A stretch of DNA of 36,046 nt from Cyclobacteriaceae bacterium (GTDB lineage Bacteria; Bacteroidota; Bacteroidia; Cytophagales; Cyclobacteriaceae): positions 1-36,046 of the forward strand of contig JANYKP010000059.1 of assembly GCA_025358195.1 (NCBI GenBank), read 5' to 3'. The translations under genes were made by a program, and so were the position numbers. Below, piece by piece: positions 8,840-18,286 of the stretch. Each line of letters begins with the position of its first letter. Within the stretch, counting starts at the first letter, position 1. Below the pieces are notes generated by a model. The model was not told the origin of the DNA and searched no databases. It saw only the letters and a program-made list of their open reading frames with translations.

Positions 8840-11173
8840 TTAATTATTGATATCCCAGGGTTTTTGATTCAACTTCGTGGAGTCCGTCTGCTGGAATCGG
8901 GAGCAATCCAGTGATATATCCACTCCGGACGGCGGAACTTTAAATTTCCCCTTGGTAATGCCGGTAGTTAGGTCGAGATACGTCTTGGTCATGTATTTTT
9001 TCCAAATGGGCCCTGCCGTGCGTCCGCCCTGTCCAAATACCCACGATGGGAAATGGATGCTGCGCTCATCGCCACCCACCCAAACACCTGTGACGAGGTC
9101 GTGGGTAACACCGATGTACCAACCATCCGAAGCCTGGTTGGTTGTGCCGGTTTTTCCACCTATTTCATTGTCTTTTCGGAGGTCAGCAGTCATCCAGCTT
9201 GAAGTTCCATAGTCTTCTTCCACGCCGCCTCTCAACATGTAAATCATTTTGTAGGCCGTTTGGTCGCTGATGGCCTGTATTGTTTTCGGAACAAAATTTT
9301 CGATCACGTTCCCATTCTTGTCTTCAATGCGGGTGATATAAAATGGTTCTGTATGGATGCCGTTATTGACAAACGTACTATACGCCCCGACGATTTCATA
9401 CAAGGATACATCACTGACACCCAGACAAAGCGAGGGAACGGCATCAAGTTTACTCTCGATTCCAACCCTGTGGGCAAACTCCACTACATTCTCCTCACCC
9501 AGCGCCTTCATCATTTGCGCGGTAATGGAATTAACGGACCGCGCCATCGCCTGGCGGATTGTCATTTTCTCTCCATTTCCCCTTTTCCCGTCGAAATTAG
9601 GCGGATACCATACAGTGCCCGATACCTTAAAACTTGGTGAGATGTCTTCCAGGACATAGCAAGGAGAATACCCCGACTCCATAGCAAGACCGTAGACAAA
9701 TGGCTTGAACGTAGAACCGGGCTGTCGTTTGCCCTGCTTGACGTGATCGTATTTGAAATACTTATAGTTAAATCCACCTACCCAAGCTTTGATGTGGCCG
9801 GTGGTTGGATCCATTGACATCATACCGGTTTGCAAAAATCGTTTGTAGTATGCGAGTGAGTCCATGGAACTGAATAATGTGTCTCTTTCTCCGCGCCAAT
9901 CAAAAATCGTTACGGGTTTTTTGAGGTTAAGCATGATGCGTACGGAGTCAGACTTCTCTCCGTATTTTGCCACGAGGTTTTTATAAGCATCTGTCTGTTT
10001 AATGCGCAATTTTAAAAAACCGGGTATTTCTTTCCAATCTTCATCCACCCAGGGATTTCCGCCTTTCGTTTTCCACTGCTTTTCAAATTCTTTTTGAAGA
10101 AAGTTCATATGCTCTGCCACTGCTTCTTCGGCATATTTCTGTAAACGGCTGTCAATGGTTGTATAAATCCGCAGACCCGAGTTCCATAAATCAAGACCAC
10201 GCTGGGAGCAAAAATCCATAAGTTTTGTGGTAATGACTGTCCGGAAATACGTAGCGAGACCTTCATTCTGGTTTTGAATTTTAAAATTCAAGCCAAGGTC
10301 AAGGGCAGCAATCGAGTCGTACTTTTCGCGTGACGTGATTTTATAGTTGCCTTTGAAAACCTTTTTGAGAACTTCATTCCGTTTTTGCAAAGCGTTTTCA
10401 GGCCTTCTGACAGGGTTATAAAATGTTGGGTTTTGCAACATACCCACCAGCAGGGCCGACTCCTGCAAGTTGAGGCTGTCTGGGGGTTTGTTAAAATAGG
10501 TTTCGCTGGCAACTTTGATACCGTAACTGTTGCTGCTGAACTCTGCAGTATTCAGGTACATGGCAATGATTTCGGGTTTTGTGAAATTGCGTTCAAGGTT
10601 TACAGAAATGAGCCATTCTTTTGTCTTTTGAATGATACGTCTTGGATAACGGCCAAGTCTGGCCAGTGTGCCATCCAACGACCGATCCGGATTGCGGGTG
10701 TACAAGTTCTTAGCCAACTGTTGGGTAATGGTGCTGCCGCCACCTTGAGGACTTAGCGTAAGCAGCCCCCAGGCAACACGAAAATAGGATGGAAGGTCTA
10801 GTCCAGAGTGCTCATAAAACCGATGATCCTCCGAAAGCACCAAGGTATTCACCAGGTCACTTGAAAGTTCATCGAAATTGACCTGGCTTCTGTTGAATCT
10901 GAAATACCGGCCAAGTGAAACCCCGTCTGCAGATATTAATTCAGAAGAAAGATCGTTCTCAGGGTTCTCTACGTCAGCGAGACTGGGCATCCCCCCAAAA
11001 AGTCCAAAGAGATTCCAATCTACCGAATACACGTACAACGGCAAGCCCAGGATGAAACACAGGAATGCAATCCAGCTATATTTAATGACCTTGCGAAACC
11101 AGGGCCGCTGATGGTTCAGCAGATCACTGATTTTCTTTTTGATAGTGTCGGTCGAAGAAGCTGAGGTACTCAT
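8840..11173 (-). CDS. Class A penicillin-binding protein (PBP1A; transglycosylase/transpeptidase)
   Basis: N-terminal TM helix; glycosyltransferase motifs EDHRFYEHSG and GGSTITQQLAKN; transpeptidase motifs STFK, SVN and KTG. Start placed at ATG 11173 rather than the track's 11224 because a -7 element lies at 11222-11229. Confidence 0.92.
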   Translation of the reverse strand: MSTSASSTDTIKKKISDLLNHQRPWFRKVIKYSWIAFLCFILGLPLYVYSVDWNLFGLFGGMPSLADVENPENDLSSELISADGVSLGRYFRFNRSQVNFDELSSDLVNTLVLSEDHRFYEHSGLDLPSYFRVAWGLLTLSPQGGGSTITQQLAKNLYTRNPDRSLDGTLARLGRYPRRIIQKTKEWLISVNLERNFTKPEIIAMYLNTAEFSSNSYGIKVASETYFNKPPDSLNLQESALLVGMLQNPTFYNPVRRPENALQKRNEVLKKVFKGNYKITSREKYDSIAALDLGLNFKIQNQNEGLATYFRTVITTKLMDFCSQRGLDLWNSGLRIYTTIDSRLQKYAEEAVAEHMNFLQKEFEKQWKTKGGNPWVDEDWKEIPGFLKLRIKQTDAYKNLVAKYGEKSDSVRIMLNLKKPVTIFDWRGERDTLFSSMDSLAYYKRFLQTGMMSMDPTTGHIKAWVGGFNYKYFKYDHVKQGKRQPGSTFKPFVYGLAMESGYSPCYVLEDISPSFKVSGTVWYPPNFDGKRGNGEKMTIRQAMARSVNSITAQMMKALGEENVVEFAHRVGIESKLDAVPSLCLGVSDVSLYEIVGAYSTFVNNGIHTEPFYITRIEDKNGNVIENFVPKTIQAISDQTAYKMIYMLRGGVEEDYGTSSWMTADLRKDNEIGGKTGTTNQASDGWYIGVTHDLVTGVWVGGDERSIHFPSWVFGQGGRTAGPIWKKYMTKTYLDLTTGITKGKFKVPPSGVDISLDCSRFQQTDSTKLNQKPWDINN

Positions 11174-13715
11174 CGAGAGCTTTGTTTCTGTAGAAGATAT
11201 TGAAATTATCTTTGGTAATAACAAAGTTATGGAAATTTAAGGTGGAAAAGGGCAGCCCTTTAGCCACTTGGTTGTCGAACCGGTTAAAATATTCCAATGC
11301 TTCCGTTTTGTTGCCCAGCATGCCGACGAACGTCAACACATACTGATCATTGAAAATAAGATTACTTGCCTCGAGCTTTTTACTCCTATAAAACAGCAGA
11401 TTGAATTTCTCCACTGCAGTAGCCATCGCAGTGCTAGCCTTATCCTGGATGCGATGGACAATTACGAAATAGTGTGGTTCTTCAAAAGAAGCAACAAACC
11501 TTATCCCTTTTGAACGTTCTGTTTTTTCAATAAACGTCTTGGAGCTTGCCAGCAATGTTTCTGCGTAGGTATGCACAAGAGCATCTGGATATTTTTTGAT
11601 AAACTCCCCAAGCTCATATTGATATCGGGTGACATCTTCGGTTTTACCCGTGATTAGAATTTGGAGTAAATCCAGTTGAGGCGTAAACGAAGTTTCGCCG
11701 ATGTCCTTTGCCAACTTTATTTTTTCCTGTGTTCCCCTCAAATTGTTTCGCTGAAATTCGGCGTAGGCCTCTTTGTAGATTATTTTCTGTTTTTCCGCTG
11801 CTACACTAGTTTCCTTTAGATAGTCCGGATTAAGCAATATTTTGGTATAGGTGGAATTGGGAAATTCATCTTTCAGATTTTGTGCAAGAATGTCTGCCTG
11901 TCTGTCACCTTTCTCTTTATGAATCAGGTATAGTTTGTAGAGCACTTCCGGTTTGAATGAAGATGTTGGAAAGCGGGCGAGTAGTTTTTCATAAGAACCA
12001 GCAGCATTTTCCTTTTCTGCCAATTGAAAGTAGTAAAGATCACCAAGCTTAAAGTAAGCTTCTTCAATTTTTAGCAATGATTCGGTTTTCTGTTTCTCAG
12101 TTTTTGGAAGCTGAGCAAAGAGTTTAGCGGCCGCATCTTCCGCCGGACTTACTTTTTGTTGGCCCCCAACAGTTGCCTTGGCAATAATGCTGTTGGGCGC
12201 AGTTTCAACAGGTGCAGATATACCTGTCAGGGGCACGGCGGACCGGGAGGATCTTCGCCAGTTATCCTCCAGTGGAATCTCGCTCCAGATGCGCTTAAAT
12301 TCATTCTGGCCTGAGGATACAGCAGATGCGTTACCAAAGTACCAATCGTTGGTGCTGTTGGACTCTGTTTGGAAAAAGGAGCTATTCTGATTGTTACCGG
12401 TATTACCGTTATCCGATTTCTTTTTTTTCTTTTTCCGGGCATCGGTACTTTTTTCTTTGGCGGCAAACACTGAATCAACATGTGCGCGGAGGGAAGCGGA
12501 GTCCAGGGAGGCCATCATCAACAAACTGTCCTGCCATTGAATGGTCTCCGTGTATTTTACAAATTCACCCAACACTTCATGTCGTTTTTTGATAGCATCA
12601 TAATTTTCAAATTCCTTCGGCAACGCGCTGATCGCGCTGTCGTAGTACGACTTCGCCAGCGAAAAGCGTTTAAGTGAATCAAAATACAATTGTCCGACGC
12701 GGAGAAAGGCATTGCCTTGTATGCGCTTGTTTTTGCCAGCATGCGCCGATGATTTATATTGGTCAATTGCCTCGGTAACATTCCCTTGCTTTCGCTCAAA
12801 TTCCCCCAACTCGAAATAAATCTTATCTCTGAATTCGTAATTCTTGGCGTCTGTTAATAATTTTTCAAACTGCTTTCGAACAGCTCGTACATTACGGGAG
12901 TTATCAAGTCTGGCTACTTGCGCCATGTTAAGTCGCGCGTAAAAATCAATCTCGTACTCAGGATTGGTAGTGAGGCATTTCTTATAGTAGTTATAAGCTT
13001 CCGAGCTGAAGCCGAGTTTTTGATACACCTGGCCGATGATAAAGTAAATTCTCCCTTTCCGGTCAGCACGGGTGAGGAGAGAATCCGCTTTGGTAAGACT
13101 CCTTACCATGTTGTCATAATCAGATTTTATTTGATAGTAGTAGGCCTGTTCCAGATAAAGGTTTTTTGCGTTGGTTCTGTTAAGTTTTTCTTTTTCTAAA
13201 AAATGGAAAGCTTCTTCTGCTTTTTCAAATTCGTTTTGCTCAGTAAACGTCCGAATCAAATGCACCAACGCCTGGTGACGCAAGTTAGGATCATGGCTTT
13301 TTGTGTTGACATATTTAAATGTCTGGACGGCATTTGCGAAATCGCAATCGTATAAGCGTGCCAAGCCCACCAACAAGTAGTTGTCATCTACCCAGCGGCT
13401 GTTAGGGTGTCGCTGGATGGAAATGGAGGCCATCTTAATAATTTCTTCAGTGTCTTTACGATAGCTTTTTGCCATCGTAGTATCCAACTTGGGGTACAGC
13501 CGGAGAATTTGATTGGGGTTATCATCCAGACTTTTAAGAATTACTTTCTCTACCGCCCGGGTTTTCTCCTTGGCATAGAAATATCCATTGAAACGGGCCG
13601 TTGTATTGTGGAACAGGTCACCAACAATGGTGTTTTGATTGGAAGAACAACCCCACCACAGGGTAGCCTGAAGGCAAAGAAATGACCACAAAAATATCCT
13701 CCAAAAGACCTTCAT
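11124..13715 (-). CDS. sprE: TPR lipoprotein, T9SS/gliding periplasmic lipoprotein SprE/PorW
   Basis: Lipobox-like LWWG-C; FHNTTARFNGYF, HPNSRWVDD, YYDSA, WYFGN and LEDNWRRS motifs typical of SprE/PorW; multiple TPR-like helices; 863 aa. Confidence 0.82.
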   Translation of the reverse strand: MKVFWRIFLWSFLCLQATLWWGCSSNQNTIVGDLFHNTTARFNGYFYAKEKTRAVEKVILKSLDDNPNQILRLYPKLDTTMAKSYRKDTEEIIKMASISIQRHPNSRWVDDNYLLVGLARLYDCDFANAVQTFKYVNTKSHDPNLRHQALVHLIRTFTEQNEFEKAEEAFHFLEKEKLNRTNAKNLYLEQAYYYQIKSDYDNMVRSLTKADSLLTRADRKGRIYFIIGQVYQKLGFSSEAYNYYKKCLTTNPEYEIDFYARLNMAQVARLDNSRNVRAVRKQFEKLLTDAKNYEFRDKIYFELGEFERKQGNVTEAIDQYKSSAHAGKNKRIQGNAFLRVGQLYFDSLKRFSLAKSYYDSAISALPKEFENYDAIKKRHEVLGEFVKYTETIQWQDSLLMMASLDSASLRAHVDSVFAAKEKSTDARKKKKKKSDNGNTGNNQNSSFFQTESNSTNDWYFGNASAVSSGQNEFKRIWSEIPLEDNWRRSSRSAVPLTGISAPVETAPNSIIAKATVGGQQKVSPAEDAAAKLFAQLPKTEKQKTESLLKIEEAYFKLGDLYYFQLAEKENAAGSYEKLLARFPTSSFKPEVLYKLYLIHKEKGDRQADILAQNLKDEFPNSTYTKILLNPDYLKETSVAAEKQKIIYKEAYAEFQRNNLRGTQEKIKLAKDIGETSFTPQLDLLQILITGKTEDVTRYQYELGEFIKKYPDALVHTYAETLLASSKTFIEKTERSKGIRFVASFEEPHYFVIVHRIQDKASTAMATAVEKFNLLFYRSKKLEASNLIFNDQYVLTFVGMLGNKTEALEYFNRFDNQVAKGLPFSTLNFHNFVITKDNFNIFYRNKALDEYLSFFDRHYQKENQ
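11222..11229 (-). promoter_or_regulatory. Putative -7 promoter element (TAACTTTG) for PBP1A-uvrC, internal to sprE
   Basis: Plus-strand CAAAGTTA = TAACTTTG on minus, 48 nt upstream of ATG 11173. Confidence 0.45.
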
Positions 13716-13731
13716 GAATCGGTTTGAGCTA

Positions 13732-13739
13732 CAAACGTA
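13732..13739 (-). promoter_or_regulatory. Putative -7 promoter element (TACGTTTG) for sprE
   Basis: Exact TAnnTTTG in the divergent intergenic region, 16 nt upstream of the sprE ATG. Confidence 0.55.
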
Positions 13740-13803
13740 AAAAACACATTTTCAATATTATAATCGCCCGGAATATCTAATTTTACTAATATTTTCGCTG
13801 CTT

Positions 13804-14673
13804 TTGAAGCCAAAAAAGACCCTATCGGAGAGATTTAACACACCCTACCAGATGGTGATCCGTAACGAGGACAACCTGGAGGAGCGATCGCGCTTTGGCT
13901 TTACCTATGCAAAGTTGCTGGTTTTTACGATTGTCCTGTTCATTATCATGTTTGTAGGCAGTCTTTATTTGGCGCAAACCCTTTTATCCCGATGGTTTGA
14001 TCCGCGTTTTGCGCAACGCGAAACGATCAAGAAGCTGGATCAGCTTGCCTTCAAAGTAGACTCGTTGGCGATGGAAGAAGAGAACAAGGACAAGTTCATT
14101 CAAAATTTCAAACGGGTCTTTAACGGCGACACAACCAATAGTAATTTTATTGATCCGGCAGCGGCCCTGAAAGGACAAGACAAGCCAATCAAGCCGGTGA
14201 GCAGCATGAAACTTGCACCAACGGATTCCCAATTCAGAAAGGATTTTGAACAGTCAGAGCTTTCGTTGATAACGCTCACCAGCAGTAAGTACCGGGAATT
14301 GCAGGAAACATTTTTTTTTACACCGATCACTGGCTTTATTTCAGATCGCTACGATGTAAAGAAGGGCCACTATGGAGTTGACATTGTAGCCAAAACGAAC
14401 GAGCCAGTCAAATGCATCGCTGATGGTACAGTGATCCTGTCTTCCTGGACACAGGATGCCGGCTACGTGATTGCTATCCAGCACCGGGGCAACCTGATAT
14501 CGGTGTTCAAACACAATGCTGAATTATTGAAAAAAGTTGGTAGTTTTGTCAACGCAGGTGAAATAATCTCTATTGTTGGCAACAGTGGCGAGATGACTGA
14601 TGGACCCCACCTTCACTTTGAACTTTGGTACAATGGCAACTCGCTTAATCCGGAAGAGTTTGTAACGTTTTAA
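13804..14673 (+). CDS. M23 family metallo-endopeptidase with N-terminal TM helix and coiled coil
   Basis: HYGVD (HxxxD) and GPHLHFE (HxH) zinc motifs; one TM helix; TTG start. Confidence 0.92.
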   Translation: MKPKKTLSERFNTPYQMVIRNEDNLEERSRFGFTYAKLLVFTIVLFIIMFVGSLYLAQTLLSRWFDPRFAQRETIKKLDQLAFKVDSLAMEEENKDKFIQNFKRVFNGDTTNSNFIDPAAALKGQDKPIKPVSSMKLAPTDSQFRKDFEQSELSLITLTSSKYRELQETFFFTPITGFISDRYDVKKGHYGVDIVAKTNEPVKCIADGTVILSSWTQDAGYVIAIQHRGNLISVFKHNAELLKKVGSFVNAGEIISIVGNSGEMTDGPHLHFELWYNGNSLNPEEFVTF

Positions 14674-14684
14674 AATCTGAAGTC

Positions 14685-15113
14685 ATGTTTACAACAAAGG
14701 AGGAAAAAAAAGCGGCTGAAGAGATCAGCAATTCCAGCAATGTGATTGGTAAAGGCACTATACTGGAAGGGAACATTGAAACCTTCGGCAACATTCGCAT
14801 TGAAGGACGTATCAATGGCAACATCAAATCAAAATCTAAAATTGTTTTGGGCCACTCGAGTCATATCGATGGGAACGTCACTGCTCAGAATGCCGATATC
14901 GAAGGAAGCGTAAAGGGCAAAATTGAAATATCAGAAATGCTGGTGCTCAAGGCCTCGGCAAACGTGCATGGTGACATTTCTACCGGTAAACTGGTTGTCG
15001 AGCCAGGCGCTGTTTTTAATGGCAGTTGCAAGATGGGTGCAGCGATCAAAGACATCAAGTCTGCAGAGAATAATGGAACAGGACCGCACGCCTACCGAGC
15101 CGAAGCCATCTGA
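14685..15113 (+). CDS. Bactofilin (polymer-forming cytoskeletal protein)
   Basis: Beta-helix repeats IGKGTILEGNI...IRIEGRINGNI...VHGDI...LVVEPGAVFNGSC; short MF-led N-terminal tail. Confidence 0.93.
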   Translation: MFTTKEEKKAAEEISNSSNVIGKGTILEGNIETFGNIRIEGRINGNIKSKSKIVLGHSSHIDGNVTAQNADIEGSVKGKIEISEMLVLKASANVHGDISTGKLVVEPGAVFNGSCKMGAAIKDIKSAENNGTGPHAYRAEAI

Positions 15114-15297
15114 TTCGTATCTCAAGTACAGTGGCTTTGCCCTTCAACTATTCGGGGGCATTGGTCTGGCAGCATGGGCAGGTTATCGTCTTGATGGCTA
15201 TCTTGGATTAACTTTTCCTGCATTTTTGTTATCCTTTGTGCTCATTGTGTTTGCAGGTATGTTGTACCTGATTTACAAGAGACTCAATAAAGAATAG
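15073..15297 (+). CDS. AtpZ/AtpI-family small membrane protein
   Basis: MEQDRTPTEPKPSDSYLKYSGFALQL...WAGYRLD... with two TM segments, upstream of atpB. Start reassigned to in-frame ATG 15073. Confidence 0.8.
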   Translation: MEQDRTPTEPKPSDSYLKYSGFALQLFGGIGLAAWAGYRLDGYLGLTFPAFLLSFVLIVFAGMLYLIYKRLNKE

Positions 15298-15672
15298 TTG
15301 CTGCGGTTTATTATCATGACGCTTTTGCTGGCATTCCTGGTACTGGGATTCGTGCTGGCAGGTAGCGGCTTGGGATGGTTTACACATCCCTCATTTTTCA
15401 TTGAGATTATTATTTTTATTGCACTGTCGACTATTGCACTCTACTGGTTCACAACACGGAAGTTGAATCTGCAACCAGATGATTTTGTAAAAATATACCT
15501 GGGAGCCACGGTTCTGAGAATCCTTTTTTTTGGCGGCTTTATTTTCACGTTAATCGTGCTGGACAAGTTGGGCGCAAAGGAAAACGCCTTACTTTTTTTG
15601 GTGTGTTATTTCCTGTTTACAGCCCTGGAAGTAATGGTATTGTATCGTCAAATAAATGCAAGAAGGCCTTAA
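15298..15672 (+). CDS. Four-TM membrane protein in the AtpI-like position
   Basis: Hydrophobic 124-aa ORF with FVKIYLGATVLRI and YFLFTALE segments, between the atpZ-like gene and atpB. Confidence 0.7.
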   Translation: MLRFIIMTLLLAFLVLGFVLAGSGLGWFTHPSFFIEIIIFIALSTIALYWFTTRKLNLQPDDFVKIYLGATVLRILFFGGFIFTLIVLDKLGAKENALLFLVCYFLFTALEVMVLYRQINARRP

Positions 15673-15721
15673 AGGCTGGCCAAAAAGATCTTTAAAGATT
15701 TTTTTTTGGTCGATTAATCAA

Positions 15722-15729
15722 TAGTTTTG
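15722..15729 (+). promoter_or_regulatory. Putative -7 promoter element (TAGTTTTG) for atpBEFHAG
   Basis: Exact TAnnTTTG followed by CGCA just upstream of atpB. Confidence 0.55.
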
Positions 15730-15742
15730 CGCACCATTTAAA

Positions 15743-16804
15743 TTGTCTGTGAACCGCTGCCCAAGAAAGCCATTTTTATTAGTAAAAAGCACGATTTTTG
15801 TCGTTTTGGCCATCATTTTTTCGACGTCAATTTTGACTGCTTTTGCGCAGGGGCAGGAAGAAAATCAACCCACAGAAAATGCCGGTCACAAGGAGGTATT
15901 CAATGTGAGTGAAGTCATCCTGGAACACGTGATGGATGCCCATCAATGGCACCTCACCGATGGCCTGGTGATCCCGCTTCCCATCATTGTATATTCTGCT
16001 GAAAAAGGGCTTGATGTTTTTTCCTCCGCTCGTTTCTTTGAGCACCATGAGCCTGTTGATTACAACGGATACAAACTGGAACACAACCATATTTATCTGG
16101 CCGACTCACGAAAAGCAGTATTGGATTTGTCTATTACCAAGAATGTGTTGATGCTGTTCATCAATGCATCGGTACTTTTATTTGTGTTTCTTTCCGTTGC
16201 CCGCGCTTACAAGACAAACAAAGGCAAAGCCCCCAAGGGACTGCAATCGTTTATCGAACCGATTGTTGTTTTTGTAAAGGATGAAATCGTCAAGCCCAAC
16301 GTCGGTCCGAAGTATGAAAAATATCTTCCCTATTTGCTGACCCTTTTCTTTTTCATCTTCTTCGGCAATGTACTGGGCTTGCTTCCTGGTGCGGCTAATC
16401 TCACAGGAAATATTGCCGTGACATTAGTCCTGGCGTTACTTACATTTTTTATTACAATTTTTAGTGGTAATAAAAATTACTGGTCACATATATTCTGGAC
16501 ACCCGGTGTGCCACACTGGCTGCGCGTGATTATTTTGCCGGTGGAGTTGATCGGTGTATTTACTAAGCCATTCTCCCTTACTGTGCGTTTATTCGTCGCC
16601 ATCACAGCCGGACATATTGTGATCCTGGCATTGATTTGCCTAACATTTATTTTTCAAAGTTATTTTGTGGGGATAGGATCGGCCATCGTGGTAATTTTCA
16701 TCAACCTGATTGAATTGTTGGTAGCTGGGATACAGGCATATGTTTTTACGATGTTCACATCACTCTACATTGGTATGGCCATTGAGGAGCACGAGCATCA
16801 TTAA
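15743..16804 (+). CDS. atpB: F0F1 ATP synthase subunit a
   Basis: DLSITKNV, PKGLQSFIEP, KPFSLTVRLF (essential Arg) and IQAYVFTM. Exact start uncertain (TTG 15743 or GTG 15749). Confidence 0.96.
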   Translation: MSVNRCPRKPFLLVKSTIFVVLAIIFSTSILTAFAQGQEENQPTENAGHKEVFNVSEVILEHVMDAHQWHLTDGLVIPLPIIVYSAEKGLDVFSSARFFEHHEPVDYNGYKLEHNHIYLADSRKAVLDLSITKNVLMLFINASVLLFVFLSVARAYKTNKGKAPKGLQSFIEPIVVFVKDEIVKPNVGPKYEKYLPYLLTLFFFIFFGNVLGLLPGAANLTGNIAVTLVLALLTFFITIFSGNKNYWSHIFWTPGVPHWLRVIILPVELIGVFTKPFSLTVRLFVAITAGHIVILALICLTFIFQSYFVGIGSAIVVIFINLIELLVAGIQAYVFTMFTSLYIGMAIEEHEHH

Positions 16805-16879
16805 GGAAGAAAATGGAAGCAGCGAAGACTGCTTAAAATATTCCGGGGAGTCCCGGTCTTTGTTTCACTTAAATTTTAA

Positions 16880-17128
<249 letters not shown>

Positions 17129-17137
17129 GCTGATTAG

Positions 17138-17177
17138 GAAGATTTGCCCTAGGCAATTGGCCGGGCAAATCTTCTTT
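17138..17177 (+). terminator. Strong stem-loop after atpE (partial terminator or mRNA stabiliser)
   Basis: Perfect 12-bp inverted repeat GAAGATTTGCCC (17138-17149) / GGGCAAATCTTC (17163-17174), then TTT. Confidence 0.6.
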
Positions 17178-17225
17178 AATTCTACAAAAGTGAGAAATCG
17201 TTGGGCTAATTGAAAAAATAAACTT

Positions 17226-17720
17226 ATGGATTTACTAACCCCCGCCTCCGGCCTTCTTTTCTGGCAACTGATCATCTTCGTTGCGCTCTTTGTCCTGTTG
17301 ACCAAGATGGCCTGGAAGCCTATCTTATCTTCATTGAAAGAAAGAGAAACGTCCATTCAAACAGCACTCGACTCGGCTGAGAAAGCAAAAGCAGAAATGG
17401 CTTCGCTAAAATCTGACAATGAAAAGCTTTTGAAGCAAGCGCGTGAAGAACGTGATCATATTTTACGAGACGCGCGGGAAGCTGCCAACCGCGTTCATGA
17501 CCAGGCCCAGACGGATGCTAAGAAAAATGCAGACCGGATCATTCAAGATGCAAAAGCGGTGATCAATATCGAGAAGCAGGCAGCCCTGCGCGATGTGCGT
17601 GCTCAAGTAGCACAATTTTCTTTAGAGGTCGCTGAAAAACTCATCAAGAAAAACCTCGCTAACGATAAGGCACAAAAAGACCTTGTGGAAAGTTTCATAA
17701 AGGAATTAAAGCTGAACTAG
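17226..17720 (+). CDS. atpF: F0F1 ATP synthase subunit b
   Basis: GLLFWQ...AWKPILSSLKERE, then a long coiled coil. Confidence 0.96.
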   Translation: MDLLTPASGLLFWQLIIFVALFVLLTKMAWKPILSSLKERETSIQTALDSAEKAKAEMASLKSDNEKLLKQAREERDHILRDAREAANRVHDQAQTDAKKNADRIIQDAKAVINIEKQAALRDVRAQVAQFSLEVAEKLIKKNLANDKAQKDLVESFIKELKLN

Positions 17721-17723
17721 TTC

Positions 17724-18284
17724 ATGGCTGATTTACGAGTAGCATCAAGATACGTAAAGTCACTGCTTGATTTGGCAGTGGAGAGGGGGGCCGTAGAAGC
17801 TGTTCATCAAGATATGCTGCTGTTTTCGAAAATCTGTACAGAAAATCGCGCCTTTGTGCTGATGTTAAAGAGCCCGGTAATCCGTCATGATAAGAAGCGG
17901 GATATTCTTGAAAAGATATTTGCAGGCAAAATGAATCCTCTTTCGATGGCGATCATCGACATTCTTACCCGTAAGAACCGCGAACCCTTGTTACCTTCTA
18001 TCGCCACTGAATTTCATAATGCCTATAACCTATACAAAGGAATTGGCCAGGCAAGCATCACGACCACATTGCCAATGGATAAGGAAATGCGCGAGATGAT
18101 CGAATCGATCGCGAAGAAGCTTAGTGATAGAAAACAAGTCGAGATGGATGAGAAAGTGGATAAGGATTTGATCGGTGGATTCATCCTCAATGTAGGCGAC
18201 CGCCAAATCGACGCATCCATCAAGAGTAAATTAAAAAAGCTGAGCTTGAAATTCAATGAGAACTATTATGTGAAGGAGTTTTAG
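17724..18284 (+). CDS. atpH: F0F1 ATP synthase subunit delta
   Basis: VASRYVKSL, LKSPVI and LIGGFILNVGDRQIDASI. Confidence 0.96.
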   Translation: MADLRVASRYVKSLLDLAVERGAVEAVHQDMLLFSKICTENRAFVLMLKSPVIRHDKKRDILEKIFAGKMNPLSMAIIDILTRKNREPLLPSIATEFHNAYNLYKGIGQASITTTLPMDKEMREMIESIAKKLSDRKQVEMDEKVDKDLIGGFILNVGDRQIDASIKSKLKKLSLKFNENYYVKEF

Positions 18285-18286
18285 AA

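Noticed and set aside
11207-11214. Plus-strand TATCTTTG as an antisense promoter into sprE
   Set aside because: The motif has six fixed bases and will occur by chance several times in 36 kb; no downstream feature supports it.
14923-15072. Long N-terminal extension of the AtpZ-like ORF
   Set aside because: It lies within the bactofilin gene; the in-frame ATG at 15073 gives a typical 74-aa protein.
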